A DNA stretch of 64,000 bases, from NCBI RefSeq assembly GCF_009914755.1, contig NC_060932.1, one strand, 5' to 3'. Both the position numbers and the translations under genes were made by a program. The DNA is from the human T2T-CHM13v2.0 reference genome, Homo sapiens. Positions 21,806 through 34,628 of the stretch are shown piece after piece. Each line of letters begins with the position of its first letter. Positions within the stretch are counted from its first letter, which is position 1. A model generated the notes under the pieces. The model did not search any database and was not told the origin of the DNA. It worked only from the letters and a program-made list of their open reading frames with translations.

Positions 21806-22414
21806 GAGCACTGTCAAAGAGAAACACAACACCAGCCACATGTGTCATTTTAAGTTTTCTAATAGCTACATGAAAAAAAAAAGGTGATATTAATGTTGAT
21901 AATATATGTTATTTAGGGAGGCATGGAAATAGATTTGTTAAAGGATACAAAATCACAAATTCTAGTGTTCTATATCACTGTAGGATGACTATAGTTAATA
22001 ATATGCTACATAGTTTCAAATAGCTAGAAGGAGGATATTGAATGTTCCTAATACAAAGAAATGATAAACATTTGAGATGATGGATATGCTAATTACCCTG
22101 ATTAGATCACTATATATCTATACATTATATGTATCAAAACACTATGTACCCCGTGAATATGTACAACTATTATTTGCTAATTTTTTAAAATAATGTTAGA
22201 ATATATATATTTTATTTAACCCAATATATACAAGATGTTATCTTTTCAACATGCAATCAATATAAAAAAAAAAGTAGTGAGCTAATTTATATTTATACTA
22301 AGTCAATGAAATCCCATGTATATTTTAAACCTAAAGACATTCAAATTGGACTAGCTTCCTTTCAAATGCTTAATAGCAACATATGATGAGTGACTATGGC
22401 ATTGGACAGGGCAG
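21806..22414. mobile_element. MER33-type hAT-Charlie element interrupted by an L1MA 3' end (about 21916-22190)
   Basis: agagcactgtc start and attggacagggcag end; agccacatgtgtcattttaagttttcta. The insert carries L1MA motifs gaaatgataaacatttgagatgatggatatgctaattaccctgat. Confidence 0.75.
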
Positions 22415-23119
22415 GGCTACTGTGTGACCCTGGGCATACCACTTCACCTCTCTGAGCCTTGATTTCTTCCTTTATAAAATGAGTGTCAGGCCAAGAGGAT
22501 CTCTAAGTTAGCTTTAACATATTATGGACACATACATTACCCACAAAGTAAAGTTCTATTTCATAGCACTCAACTCTACATCTCACCATGGCCATTGGGC
22601 TTGAAAATGTACAGCAGAGGTTGATGATCCCAAACAGTGATGTTGATCTATTCAAATGACAATGTAGCAAGCAGAGGGATAGTCCCTTTAACATAACCAT
22701 TGCCTCACTATCCACCAACATGCCATAAATACAGTTCTGTTACAAAGAATGTCAAGTTTATGACTTTGCATCCCAAAGAGTCCCTTCATAGTATTCCCTT
22801 AATCTGCAGAAATGAGAGAACGGTCCATTAAATTACACAGATCAGCCATTGCTACTAACAAGAGAACATCAAAGGTGGAATTTTTATAGCAGAAAATCCA
22901 AAGACTTTACTAGGGTCCAGTTGGTTACATTTTTTAAAGTTCCTTAAGGGAAATTAATTAAAACTTTCCTCTATAACATGCACTGTTAGAAGCCACACAT
23001 GTGCTTCACTCTTGGCAAAGGGGTGAAGGTCTCCTTTCCAGTAGAATGCTTCCCAGGGAGATTTTCACCACTGCCAAATTCTGGGAAGACAAAGGAATGT
23101 TTCCAGCCCTGAAACTAGC

Positions 23120-23482
23120 TGTATTAGTCTGTTCTCATGCTGCTGATAAAGACATACCCAAGACTGGATAATTTATAAAGGAAAGAAGTTTAATTGACTC
23201 AGTTCTGCCGGGCTGGGGAGGCCTCAGCAAACTTGCAGTCATGGCAGAAGGGGAAGAAAACATGTCTTACACGGCAGCAGGCAAGAGGGCTTGTGCAGGG
23301 GAACTCCCCTTTATAGAACCATCAGATTTCGTGAGACTTATTCACTATCACGAGAACAGCATGGGAAAAACCCGCCCCCATGATTCAATTACCTCCCACC
23401 AGGTCCCTCCCACGACACGTGGGAATTATGGGAGCCACAATTCAAGATGAGATTTGGGTGAGGATACAGTCAAACCATATCA
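23120..23482 (-). mobile_element. THE1 (B/C-type) solo LTR with 5-bp TSD
   Basis: tgtattagtctgttctcatgctgctgataaagacataccc...caaaccatatca; TSD ctagc at 23115-23119 and 23483-23487. Confidence 0.93.
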
Positions 23483-23859
23483 CTAGCTTATGACAGAATT
23501 TTCTGGAAGCTGCCCTGATCAGATAGAATCCTGTCTCCTCTACACTCCGGCTCCAGACAACCTCCCTGAATTCATCTTCCTCCACCCTGTTACCTGCCTG
23601 ACTTTGAATCTCTTCCCCATGTCCCAGCTGCACAGTCCTGCCTCTCCTTGGCCATGCTATGCCTTTGCATGTGCTGACAGGAATGGCCCCCCGTCCTCCA
23701 CTGTGCAGAACATACCTTGCTATTTAAATCACAATTCCTCTGTGAAGTCTGCTCTAATTCTACCTGACAAAGTGAGCAGTAACTCTCTCTGCGTTTCCAT
23801 AGCTCTCTACGTGACATCATGTAGCAGCTGTCACAGTGACGTGCAACAAGCCCACCAGA

Positions 23860-24050
23860 ATGTGGAAATGAAGACAAACCAGAGTTCAAATACCTGCTCA
23901 ACCATTCTGTCACTTTGTGCTGGTCAGGAAGTTACTTAACCTCTTTAGATTCTTTATAATTAAAATGGCAACAAAAGTATCTACCTAATGACACTATTAG
24001 GTTCTTTTAGTTAATATTCACAGGATGTCACTCAACAGTGCTTGTTACTG
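23860..24050 (+). mobile_element. MIR fragment
   Basis: agagttcaaatacctgctc...aagttacttaacctct...taaaatgg core. Confidence 0.65.
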
Positions 24051-24636
24051 ATAGTATTAAAAGTACCTGACATTTATGCATGAGTCCATTAAAAGCTACT
24101 TACTGAGCATCTAGTAAGCGTTGGGCACTATTCTAGCTTTAGAGGAGACATTCAGGCAAATAAATTACTCAGTCCCTGCTTGAGAGCAGCTTATTATCTC
24201 AGTAAACAAAGCCTCAGTCTTTGATGTTGGACCATAAGCTTTCTTTCCCCTTGTTCTGTCCTCTGGAAGGCAAGTAAACAGCTGCCTTTGGTAACTCAGC
24301 TCTGTTGGGATGCCTGCTGTTTGACTGGGAAAAGCAGATAGTTGGAAGGTAAACAAGATAAAGCTATCTTCAGTAAGACAGGCTTCAATAGGAATCTATA
24401 CAGAATCAACAATTATAACACCACCTAAAAGATGCTCTGTCCCTGTCTTCCTTACGTTAACTTTTCATTTCAATGTCAATTTCTGAACAGCTTCTTCCCT
24501 CCCAGGTGGGGACAGAAGAGGCCAGGAAGGCTCTGCCTCACACTAGAATTAGAAGCCGTGGCTGAGAGTTAGCAGAGCCAATAAGCGGCTAAGAATGGCT
24601 GTGATGAAACCCATCTTTCTAATAGGTTCAGTTTCC

Positions 24637-25128
24637 TTTTTTTTTAAATACTTTTATTTTAGATTTGGGGATACACATGAAGGTTTATTACATAGGTGAA
24701 CTTGTGTCATGGGGGCTTGTTGTACAGATTATTTCATCACCCAGATATTAAGCCCAGATCCAATAGTTATCTTTGCTGCTCCTCTTCCTCCTCCCACCCT
24801 CCACCCTCAAGAAGATCCCAGTGTCTGTTGTTCCCCTCTTTGTGTTCATGAGTCCTCATAATTTAGCTCCAACTCATAGCTGAGGACATGTTGTATTTGG
24901 TTTTCTGTTCCTAGTTTAGTTTGCTAAGGATAATGGCCTCCAGCTCCTTCCATGTTCCCACAAAAGACATTATCTTGCTCTTTTTTATGGCTTCATTATA
25001 TTTCATGGTGTATATGTACCACATTTTTTAATCCAATTTGTCACTGATGGGCATTTAGTTCGATTCCATGTCTTTGCTATTGTGAATAGTGCTGCAATGA
25101 ACATTCACGTGCATGTGTCTTTATGGTA
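24637..25128 (-). mobile_element. 5'-truncated L1PA13/14-type 3' end
   Basis: tgttgtacagattatttcatcacccag, cctcctcccaccctccaccctcaag, ctattgtgaatagtgctgcaatgaacat; imperfect TSD cagttt(c/t)ct. Confidence 0.88.
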
Positions 25129-26793
25129 CAGTTTTCTATTAAGAAAGTGAGAGGAAATGCCTGGAATCATTCTGATTCAGCTACGCATCTTTCAGGAAGA
25201 GTTAGATTAGAGAAGATGAAATTAAATTTTTTCCTGTCTAAGAAATGAGATGTCCTGGAGAGAAGGGTATTCATCCCTCTGGGGTGCAGCACTGCCAGGG
25301 ACATTGGAGGGTTGGAGCAAACCTGTCTTCTGGGAGGTGAAACCACTGTAATGGAGCAGACATTGGCAGGGCAGGACCAGGGTAAGGCATGGAAAGTAAG
25401 AAATTTCAGGGAGAGAAAACAGAAGCCCAGAGCTGCAGGCTGGCCATGCTGCTCAAGGTGTGAGAAACTCTGATCCCATATGTGCTGCCCGACATCCCTG
25501 ACATCAAGCTCAGATTGGCAGGAGTCTTCTAGATTCCCTCTTACTAGATCTAGTAAGATCTAGTAGTCTACAATGCCAAGTTAAGCTAGATTTGGCTCGG
25601 GAGAACTTGATACCTTCTGATGGCAGAACTGGAAAGGCAGAGGCTGCCCAGGAGTCATGTGGCCAATACAACAAAGCAAACCCCCAGGCTGCAATGCAGA
25701 ACCCTGGGTTGTGGAGCAAAGGGGCCACTTTCCAATCTCACCTCAGAGGTATAGTCAATGCTAATCAACCCTGGGTACCTTATTTGCCCAGGAAACTTCA
25801 TCCTGCCCCAGGGATCTGGGTGGCAGAAGCTTCTGGTGCTAAATAAGCTGCAGATCTGATCACAGTGCAATGCCACAGGTGTACAACCCAAGAGAGCTTC
25901 AGATTGAGAAAGCCCAGTGATTCTTGCTACCTTCCTTGTCTCTAATAATTGTTTTCTAGCTAGGAACAAAAGAGGCAACTCTCTAGATTTAAACATGGGC
26001 ATTAAAGAAAGAAGATGAGAAAATGTAGGGGGCTGCGATGATGCCCCAAAGCTCTGATTAAAACAAAACAAAAGACATTTAAACAAGAGCAGAGGCCTCT
26101 ATTAATTATGAAGCTGCCCTAAACAAAACAATACCTGGTGACATGCGGTGACATTTACTGCAAAGAATGGAAGACCGAAGTACTGGCCTGCCCTTCGGAG
26201 GACTGTGTTATTACAAAGATAAGGGGGAAACGCAGCTGTTTTTGCACAACCCAAGCAAAAGTCCAAACTAGAGAATGAGAAGGTGAATGAATGAAAAAAA
26301 GTGTCCCAGAGCATCAGCAATTTCCCTCCATCAGGGTCTCCCTGATAACTCAGTTAGTTGCCTTTCAAAAGCACTCTCGGGGAGATGCCAAGGAGTGGGG
26401 AAAGAGCAGTGACTGGGATTGGAAGGTCAGCAGGCTCCTGTCTCAAATCTTCCCCTCGGGGGTGATCGCAAGACAAGACAACTTTTGTCACCTGCAGGCT
26501 TGTGTGCCAGATTGTGAAATGTCATCTCCTCTGGGCTGGGTAGCATGGCCCTTCTTTCACATTTCCCTTCACATAAATGATACTTTCTTCCAGACTCTAA
26601 GAGCCTCCTAGGCATAAGAACTTTCTCTCATTCAGTTTCAAGTTCATATTGTCAGAGCCTGTTTGGCACAGAATGAATGAAAGACAGGAAAGAAGGGAAG
26701 GAGGGAAGGAAAAAGAGGAATGGATAGAGAGGGGAGGGAAAGAAGAAAGGACTGTTGAGTGAGGTATTGTGGAGTAGTGAAAACTTAGCTGTC

Positions 26794-27095
<302 letters not shown>

Positions 27096-27119
27096 CCTAG
27101 CTGCTGCTTTAAATCAAAT

Positions 27120-27370
27120 CTGGTAGTATCAAGTGTATGGGGCTCCAGGGCCAGACTACACCTTGTTAATTCCTGGCCAAACAAACTGTGTTACCTTTGG
27201 CAAGTTTCTTATCCTCTGTGTCCCTCAGTCTCCTCCTAGATAAATGGGGAATTGTGATGTCATCCATTTCTTAGGTCTGCCATGAGCATTAAATGACGTA
27301 GATTATATAAATTGCTAAGCACACACTGTCTGGCACTTTCAGTTATGCACTAAATCTTAGCAATTGCTTG
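27120..27370 (+). mobile_element. MIR
   Basis: ctgtgttacctttggcaagtttcttatcctctgtgtccctcagtctcctc...taaatgggga. Confidence 0.7.
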
Positions 27371-27514
27371 TCATTAAGAAGAAGTAATTCCAATGAAGCC
27401 CCTGTGGTTGAATTGAGTTGGGGGAGACAAAGCCCCATCTTCTCTCCCTTTCTCTGCCCTCTAGGGTGCTGGAGAGAGCCCTTGCTCTCCCTGAGGTATT
27501 AGAAATCTGGGAAT

Positions 27515-27730
27515 CATTATAGAAAGGATTCAGGCACTGAAATCAGGCCTGGATTCTAATCCCACATTCATCACTTAAAAAGAAAGAAAGTTACCTAACC
27601 TCTCTGAGCAGCAACGCTTATCTGCAATACAGGTGTTAAATATGCCCCCCTGGAAACCTATTGTGAAGAGGCAATAAGGAAATGCATGCGGAGCATTTGG
27701 AACAGTTGGCCACTTAGCAGGTGCTCAGTG
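27515..27730 (+). mobile_element. MIR
   Basis: aatcaggcctggattctaatccca...aagttacctaacctctctgagc...caggtgctcagtgaat. Confidence 0.65.
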
Positions 27731-28789
27731 AATTTGCCTCCATCTCTGCTGAACACCTCCTCTGCTAAGTGCAGAGCAGTTGATTGCTATTTTCCAGGAC
27801 AGTGGAAGAAAACCCCTACTCACACAGCCGCCCAGGAATTTGACAACACGGAGTCCCATTTGGACATGTGAGGTGGTCATTTCCCACACTTGATGGGCAA
27901 TATGGAGTACCTGGGGCGTCCTGCGGCCAGATATGTCAGCCTGCTGCCAGCACGGGGGACAGATTGCAGTCGCATGGCACGGCCCCTTCCAGAGGCCACA
28001 TCTTTAGCAGACAGCGAAAATGCAAATCAGGAAATGTGTGGCTTTGGAAATGACTCTATCAATTGTCAGACTGAGATGCTCCAAGACCGCTGGGTGACTC
28101 TGAGCAAATATGAAAAAAAGAAAAACCCATAAATTCCCAGCAGAAGTTTCATACGTGACTCAAAAATGACAGCTCTCTCATTTCAAACAAGATAGCTACC
28201 TGTTGCATAAAGAAAGAAAATTTCCAAACATGTCTTGCAGTGTAATTTTTGGCTTCAGGATGGAGGGAAGCACAGAAATTTCAAGATTTCTGACTGCTTG
28301 ATCCTCCTGTGTGAAATTAAATTTTGAAAAGGAAATACAGAAATGGGGAATCAAAGCAAGGGTATTAGCTTTGAGTTACTAATTTTTTTCAACAGCTATT
28401 TTTTTCCTCCTTTTTGCTAATTAATCTTTTTTATTATGGAAGATTTCTAATATACATAAAAATAGAATAACACAATGAATTCCCATCCTTCCATCAAACA
28501 CTTTCAACAGTTCTCCAGTCTTGTCCCATTTCTATCTTTATACGCCTCCCTTCCTCCTGTTCTATTTTAAGGACAATCTCAGACATGATATCATTTCATC
28601 CATAATATTTCACCACAACTCTTTACTGAGCACCTTCTAGGTATGCTTGCCACTGGGCAGGCAAAATAGATGAAGAAGGTGACTTGCCCTCACAAAGCTC
28701 ATTGTCTTGAAGGGGGAAGTATATTTTCTGAAACATATAAAGTCAATATTTGTATTACAAATTTATATAACATGTTTATGTAACAAATA

Positions 28790-28985
28790 TTGTAGAATGT
28801 GACCTGTATCAGGCACATTTGCAACGCTTTACAATATCAACCTTTATAATGTAGTCTTCCTGAGCAACACAATAAAATAGGTGATATTATTGTCCTGATT
28901 TTACAGATGAGAAAGTTGAGGCACAAAGAGGTTGAGTCTTTTTGCCCGAGGTCACACAGCTAGTAAACGGTGGAGCTGGGTTGCA
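28790..28985 (-). mobile_element. MIR
   Basis: attttacagatgagaaagttgaggcacaaagaggtt...ttgcccgaggtcacacagctagtaa. Confidence 0.8.
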
Positions 28986-29265
28986 CAAAGTGCTGCCAAG
29001 GCACACCAGAGAAAATAGATAACTCTGTCTGGGGCCTTTGAGGCCCCAGAAGTTGAAGACTGCCAGTACTGTATTCCAAATAATGTGTTATGAAGGAGTG
29101 CTCTTGGATAAACTAAGGACTCCTTCCTCCTGAAATGTGTAACATGAAAACAATTTGGCAAATAAAAACATACAAGTAGTTGTTAAACCAGCACTAGGAT
29201 TTATGCTTTCCTGAGTATCCCAGACTTTTTAACTATTACAATTTTGTCTGCTTAAATATATCGTA

Positions 29266-29381
29266 GTTTTTGTTTGTTTGTTTGTTTTTAAGACAAGGTC
29301 TCACTCTGTCACCCAAGTTGGAGTGCAGTGGTGCAATCATAGCTCACTGCAGCCTGGCCTTCCTGGGCTCAAGTGATCCTC
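29266..29381 (-). mobile_element. Truncated AluJ right-arm fragment
   Basis: agacaaggtctcactctgtcaccc...ttcctgggctcaagtgatcct, then ends abruptly. Confidence 0.85.
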
Positions 29382-30522
29382 TAGTAGAGGTTCCCATCTA
29401 GACAAACAGAGGGAAGGTCATAAGCAAGTGTCCAGAGAAATTTCCAGTTGCACACAGAAAGCGACTGGTGTAGAGACAAACCAGAAATGTCCAGAAATGT
29501 CCAGAAATGGAAGTGGAAAGGCAGGTGAGGCCAGGCTCCGAAGGGCTTTTGTGAACCATCCTGAGGAGCGTGGACATTCCCATGGCCTCTGGATGGTGAG
29601 CAGAGATTAAACAGGTGAATAACAGGGTCAAATCGTATTAAGAACAGAATTCTGGAAACCATGAGGAAGACTGAATGTAAGTAGGAGAAATAGAAGGCCT
29701 AAAATGTCCAGGGTAACTGGGGGACTGATCACAGCTGAACCAAAGCAGTAGAGTTGGAAATGGAATTAAACAGAAATTAATGGAAATAGGAGTCAGGTGA
29801 CATGGTGCCAACTGAGACTTCTCCTATTTCTCAGAACTTTGGCAGAAGCCCAAAGCTCTAAACAATAAAGAGCAAGTGCTGCAAATCCTGAGAAAAAGTT
29901 GCCAGACACATCAACAAAGAACTTGCTCAGAGGTGGCTAAACCCATGCTGAACTCATTAACCCATCACCCACCTCCGGTCTCTAGATAACAGCTGCCTGG
30001 AGATATGTCCAGGGTTTATTTACAAAAGATGGCTGGCCTACTAGAGAATGCGGGGAAGGGATACTCTTCTCTCCCAAGCCAAAAAGAGGAACTCGGTGCC
30101 CCAAGAATCAACAGAGAAGTCAATGACCCCAGCATCAACAGGGTACCAGAGCAGTGAGGAAATTCTTGGGAGGACGTGGCAGATATTTCTTCTCAGAGTT
30201 TGGTGGGCACAGAAGAAGGTATTTATCTCTTGCAATGGCAGAGAGGGCTGGCTGGATGTGCCCACAGAGCTAGAGAGCTACAGCAGGAGTGCCCCGGAGC
30301 TTCAGGGTACACAGGCAACCATGTCCACTGGCTCCATGAGTTAAGAGGATGCTGTGAAAGGTAGCCACTCAAGAGACAGTGTCCTGAGCTGGCATTTTCC
30401 AGTAGGAAGAAGTGACAGTTGTATTGCCAGAAGTATATACTGAGGGTTAGAGTCCTACCATGTTCGTGAGAAAGTCCTGGTTAACAGTGCAGGATCCTAG
30501 TGGCCTTGAAAGGGTGGAGGTG

Positions 30523-31061
30523 TGTGCAGAAAAGAGACAGCATAGCAGGCCTGACTGCGATCCTTGGAAAGGCTTGTTTACAAGATTAGCTCCTGACTGT
30601 ACTCAGAGTGTCTGGGAATTTGGAGTGTTTCCGCTATTTTCAGAACTGATAAGAATGGCATTCTATGCCTAAACAATACAGTTTCTGCTGAACACCTGCT
30701 TTCCCTCAGGGAGTCTGGAATTTTGGTATGTGCCAGGCAGAGGCTGCCTGCATACCAGCCTCCAATAAACACTGAATGCTTTGTCTCTAATGAGCTCCAC
30801 TACTTGGCAATATTTTACACATGTTGTCATAACTCACTGTTGGAGAATTAAGCATGTCTCGGTGACTCTACTGGAAAGGATCCCTGGAAGCTTATGTCTG
30901 GTTTTCCCCATACTTCGTCCCATGTGTCTTTTCCCTTTGCTGACCTTGCTCTGAGTTTTTTTGCTGTAATAATTCATAGCTGTGAATATTATTATACACT
31001 GAGTCCTGTGAGTCCTCCTATCAATTCATCAAACCTAGGGATGCCTTCAAAAAGCCTACCA
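30523..31061 (+). mobile_element. MER68-type ERVL solo LTR
   Basis: tgtgcagaaaagag...catagcaggcctga start; gctgaacacctgctttcc...gagtctggaattttggta; ctgagtcctgtgagtcctccta near the end. Confidence 0.75.
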
Positions 31062-31530
31062 TTGCCCCCCAAGAGTAGCAATGCCAGCATTTGGGTATGT
31101 GCCAGACAGAGGGTGCAGATGTCAAATTTGACAGCATCAGTCATGTGAAACCATTTTTAGACTTTAATTCCCCAGTTTTCTCCTTGAGCTGATTCTGAAG
31201 AAAACAGAAACACTATAGGCTGTGGGAGCAAAGGAGAAAATGAACAGATGAAAAAGGAGAAGCAAATGCGAGAGGAGAAAGAAAAATGAACACCCCCTCT
31301 GACTTTGCAGATTATAAAAATGTGAGTCTGGCCTGAGCTAGAGTGAGGAGGAGACAGGGAGTTGGAAGGGATGGGGTGTGGGCAAGGATTGAACTAGATT
31401 AGACATTAAATTTTGATATATTTAATATCTGAAAGTGAGACTGTCATGATAATGAAAAATAACTAGAAAGAATATAGAGAAGCCGTGTGATTTGTCTGAC
31501 AGGTTATCAAGGATGGAAAGTATGCTTGGG

Positions 31531-31580
31531 AACGATACGGAAGCAGATCAAACTAAATGATACGGAAGCAGATCAAACTA
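31531..31580 (+). repeat. Tandem duplication, 2 x 25 bp
   Basis: aacgatacggaagcagatcaaacta / aatgatacggaagcagatcaaacta. Confidence 0.95.
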
Positions 31581-31704
31581 TTGATTGATTGAATCCTACT
31601 AAGTCTAGGCCATACAATAGAACCCAGATTCATACTCTAAACACAAGCAGGTTATCAATAAAACCACATGAAGTAGACAGGTAGATGTGTCTGTCACAAA
31701 AATA

Positions 31705-31890
31705 ATACTGGGTTTGAATTTCAGCTCTACGATTTCTTAGCCATGGGATTTTTACAGAAGTTTCTTGATCCTTCTGATCCTCAGTTTCTGCCTTCATCAA
31801 AAGTGGACTTGAATATCAATCTCACACATGGGTTGCTATGGGAATAAATGAGAGAAGACATAAAAAATGCTCAGCGCTCAGCACGTGTTA
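31705..31890 (+). mobile_element. MIR
   Basis: ctgggtttgaatttcagctctac...cctcagtttctg...ggttgctatgggaataaatgag. Confidence 0.7.
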
Positions 31891-32743
31891 CCTCCTACAC
31901 TTCTTGGCTACCTACTATACCCCACCCTCTTCAGAGTTTTATGAAATCTTTGTAAAAGGTGTGATTTTGTAAGGCTGCATGTTTTCATGATCTTGATTTT
32001 GTTTGTAGGCTTGAGCACCTGCCTGAGTTTTCAGAATTTGTAGTTAGTGAACTTGGGATTTGGACTCAGGAGTTATGATTCTTCCATTGCCTCCTGTAAC
32101 TTAGTTGAAAGACCACAGGCACTGATGCTCTGACACTGCCTCTGTTCCCATTATGAGTGCGGGATACCTTATCTTCCATTACACATCACTGGACCCTCAC
32201 TTTTCTAGAGGAGAATTGAGCGTGTATTTCCTTCCCTATTAATTTCACTATGATGGCAGATTGAATTTTATTTTTTCAATAAGAACAGACATCTCTAAAT
32301 CCTTCCAAAATACATCTCCATCCACACCTTGGATAATGTAGATATGCCTGGGATTCCGAGAAGAAAAAATATTGGATTCAATCAAAGCAAGTAAAAGAAA
32401 GTGTTTCTCTAGCCAAGGCAGCATGTCAGAGCTACCCATTATAGCCCTGGGGTATTTCTGAGAACCAGAGAATTCACGAGCCAGCTACTCGCTGCAAAAC
32501 TCAAGACAGCCTGGCTCCCTCTAGAAACTGCCAGCCAGTTTTTCTGCCAGCAAGAGTTGGAAACAGTCCTAGAACACAGTTCTTGGGTTTCCCTCTTATC
32601 TTTTTTCACTGCATATTTAGTCCTGATGAGAGAGAAGGCAAAAGCATTAGAAACATACACACTTAGCAAATATATTTTCACGAACTTTTTGTCTCTCTGG
32701 CCTTCATTTTCCTCTTCTGAGAATGAGGAAGACAGACTGGATT

Positions 32744-32910
32744 AGAGGTTCTTATCATTGGCTGCACCTAAAATCACCTGGGAGCTTTTTAAAAACACAG
32801 ATGCCCAGGACTTCTCCTGACCAAGTAAATCAGAACCTCTGGAGCAGGGGCCAGAGCACAGGTGATTTCAAAGTCTCCCCAGATTATTCTGATAGGAAAC
32901 TACCACTGGG
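32744..32910. mobile_element. MER5A hAT-Charlie element
   Basis: ggctgcacctaaaatcacctgggagctttttaaaaacacagatgccc...aatcagaacctctgg. Confidence 0.8.
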
Positions 32911-33034
32911 CTGGATGATATTTGAGGTTTTTTTCACCTCTGACATGCAGTTTATAATCTTTAAAGTGTGACCATCGAGCAATGAGACGCCTTCCCACAC
33001 CTATCATGAAAAGCCATCTAAATTCAGTTTTCTC

Positions 33035-33176
33035 CTTTTTTAAAAAAAATAAAATAAAATTAGAGTAGGGGTCTTGCTATGTTGTCCAGGCTGGCCTCAA
33101 ACTTCTGGGCTCAAGCAATCCTCCCACCTCAGCCTCTCGAGTAGCTGGGATTACAGGTGCGACCACCACGCCAGCC
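33035..33176 (-). mobile_element. FLAM monomer
   Basis: ggggtcttgctatgttgtccaggctggcctcaaacttctgggctcaagcaatcc...ccacgccagcc. Confidence 0.85.
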
Positions 33177-33433
33177 TTAGGTGTCTGTTTGTGCAGTAGG
33201 TAAAATTTAGGCCAGTTTTGCGGACAGACCAAACCAGAGTGTGATTTAGGGAACTTTTCTAATACTAAAACATCTGGAAGGCAATGATGAAATCTAAGAT
33301 CAGGGGAGTCAAAATACAAATGCTTATAGGGTCAGATGAGTAACATGCCTGTGTGACCGAGCCAGATGTAAGAAGAAGGGGTGGGCTTTGTGGAACTAAA
33401 TATGTATGCCCTGCTCATTGGCATTCAAACAAT

Positions 33434-33572
33434 CTCCCTCCCTCTTTCCCTTCCTCCTTTTCTTCCTTCTCTCCATTTCTTCCTTTCCCTCCCTCCCTCC
33501 CTTCCTTCCTTCTTTCCTTCCTTCCTTCATTCCTTCCTTCCCTCTTTCCTTCCTTCCCTACTACTTTCTTTC
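33434..33572. repeat. (CCTT)n-type polypyrimidine low-complexity tract
   Basis: Directly visible. Confidence 0.9.
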
Positions 33573-33792
33573 CTAAACACTATTTTGGCAGAAATAAACA
33601 TTAAACTGTTTGCTTAACTCAACTGTGGATCACGTGTTTGAATCCCTCTGTAAAACATTCTGATACTGTACATTAGATAAAAAACAATAGTAATGCAAAT
33701 ATTACAAAAGTACCTGCCTCGTTACCAAACCGCCAAAAGACATCATCTCTTCCACATCCCACACTGAATTCTATTTTAAAATTGAAGGATAC

Positions 33793-34216
<424 letters not shown>

Positions 34217-34408
34217 TCAAATGTCTACTTACAGTCCTTTGATTCTGTGTGCCAGTCAGATTTTTCTCTTGGACTTACTGAAGCTCCTTGCCACCTAGAA
34301 TTTCATCAGCAAACTCCTCTGATTACAGCACCTCCTACAACTTCAGAGAGGAGCGTCTCTTCATTTCCTCAGCCCTGGAGGGCCCTATCAACCACCTGTT
34401 CTCTAACC

Positions 34409-34628
34409 CAGGGTTTCTTAACTTCAGCCTGATGGACATTAGGGGCCAGATAATTATCTGGGGGGAGCTGTCCTCTGCATTGTAAGATATTTCCTAGTAT
34501 CTCTGACCTCTACCCACTAGACGCCAGTAGCAACCCCCACTCTCAAGTTGTGACAATCAAAAATGTCTCCAGACATTACCAAGTGTCCTCTCAGGGACAA
34601 AATTGCCCTGGGTAGAGGACACAGCTGT
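34409..34628 (+). mobile_element. MER20 hAT-Charlie element
   Basis: ctctacccactagacgccagtagca...gttgtgacaatcaaaaatgtctccagacatt. Confidence 0.88.

Larger units (their letters stand above)
29800..31635 (+). mobile_element. Probable ancient Gypsy-like LTR (MamGypLTR-type) split by the MER68 LTR
   Basis: 3' part ctgaaagtgagactg...aactagaaag...cctactaagtctaggc...caata and 5' part ttgccagacaca...caaagaa resemble recalled MamGypLTR consensus; very diverged, boundaries uncertain. Confidence 0.4.

Noticed and set aside
23490-23939. 149-aa ORF, the longest outside L1
   Set aside because: Overlaps degraded L2 and MIR sequence, has no recognisable domain, and its composition is consistent with chance.
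27940-27962. CTCF-like motif gccagcacgggggac
   Set aside because: Mismatches at key core positions; too weak to call.
29481-29510. Three copies of ccagaaatg(t/g) as a CRISPR-like or functional array
   Set aside because: Contiguous 10-bp slippage repeat with no spacers, in a eukaryotic context.
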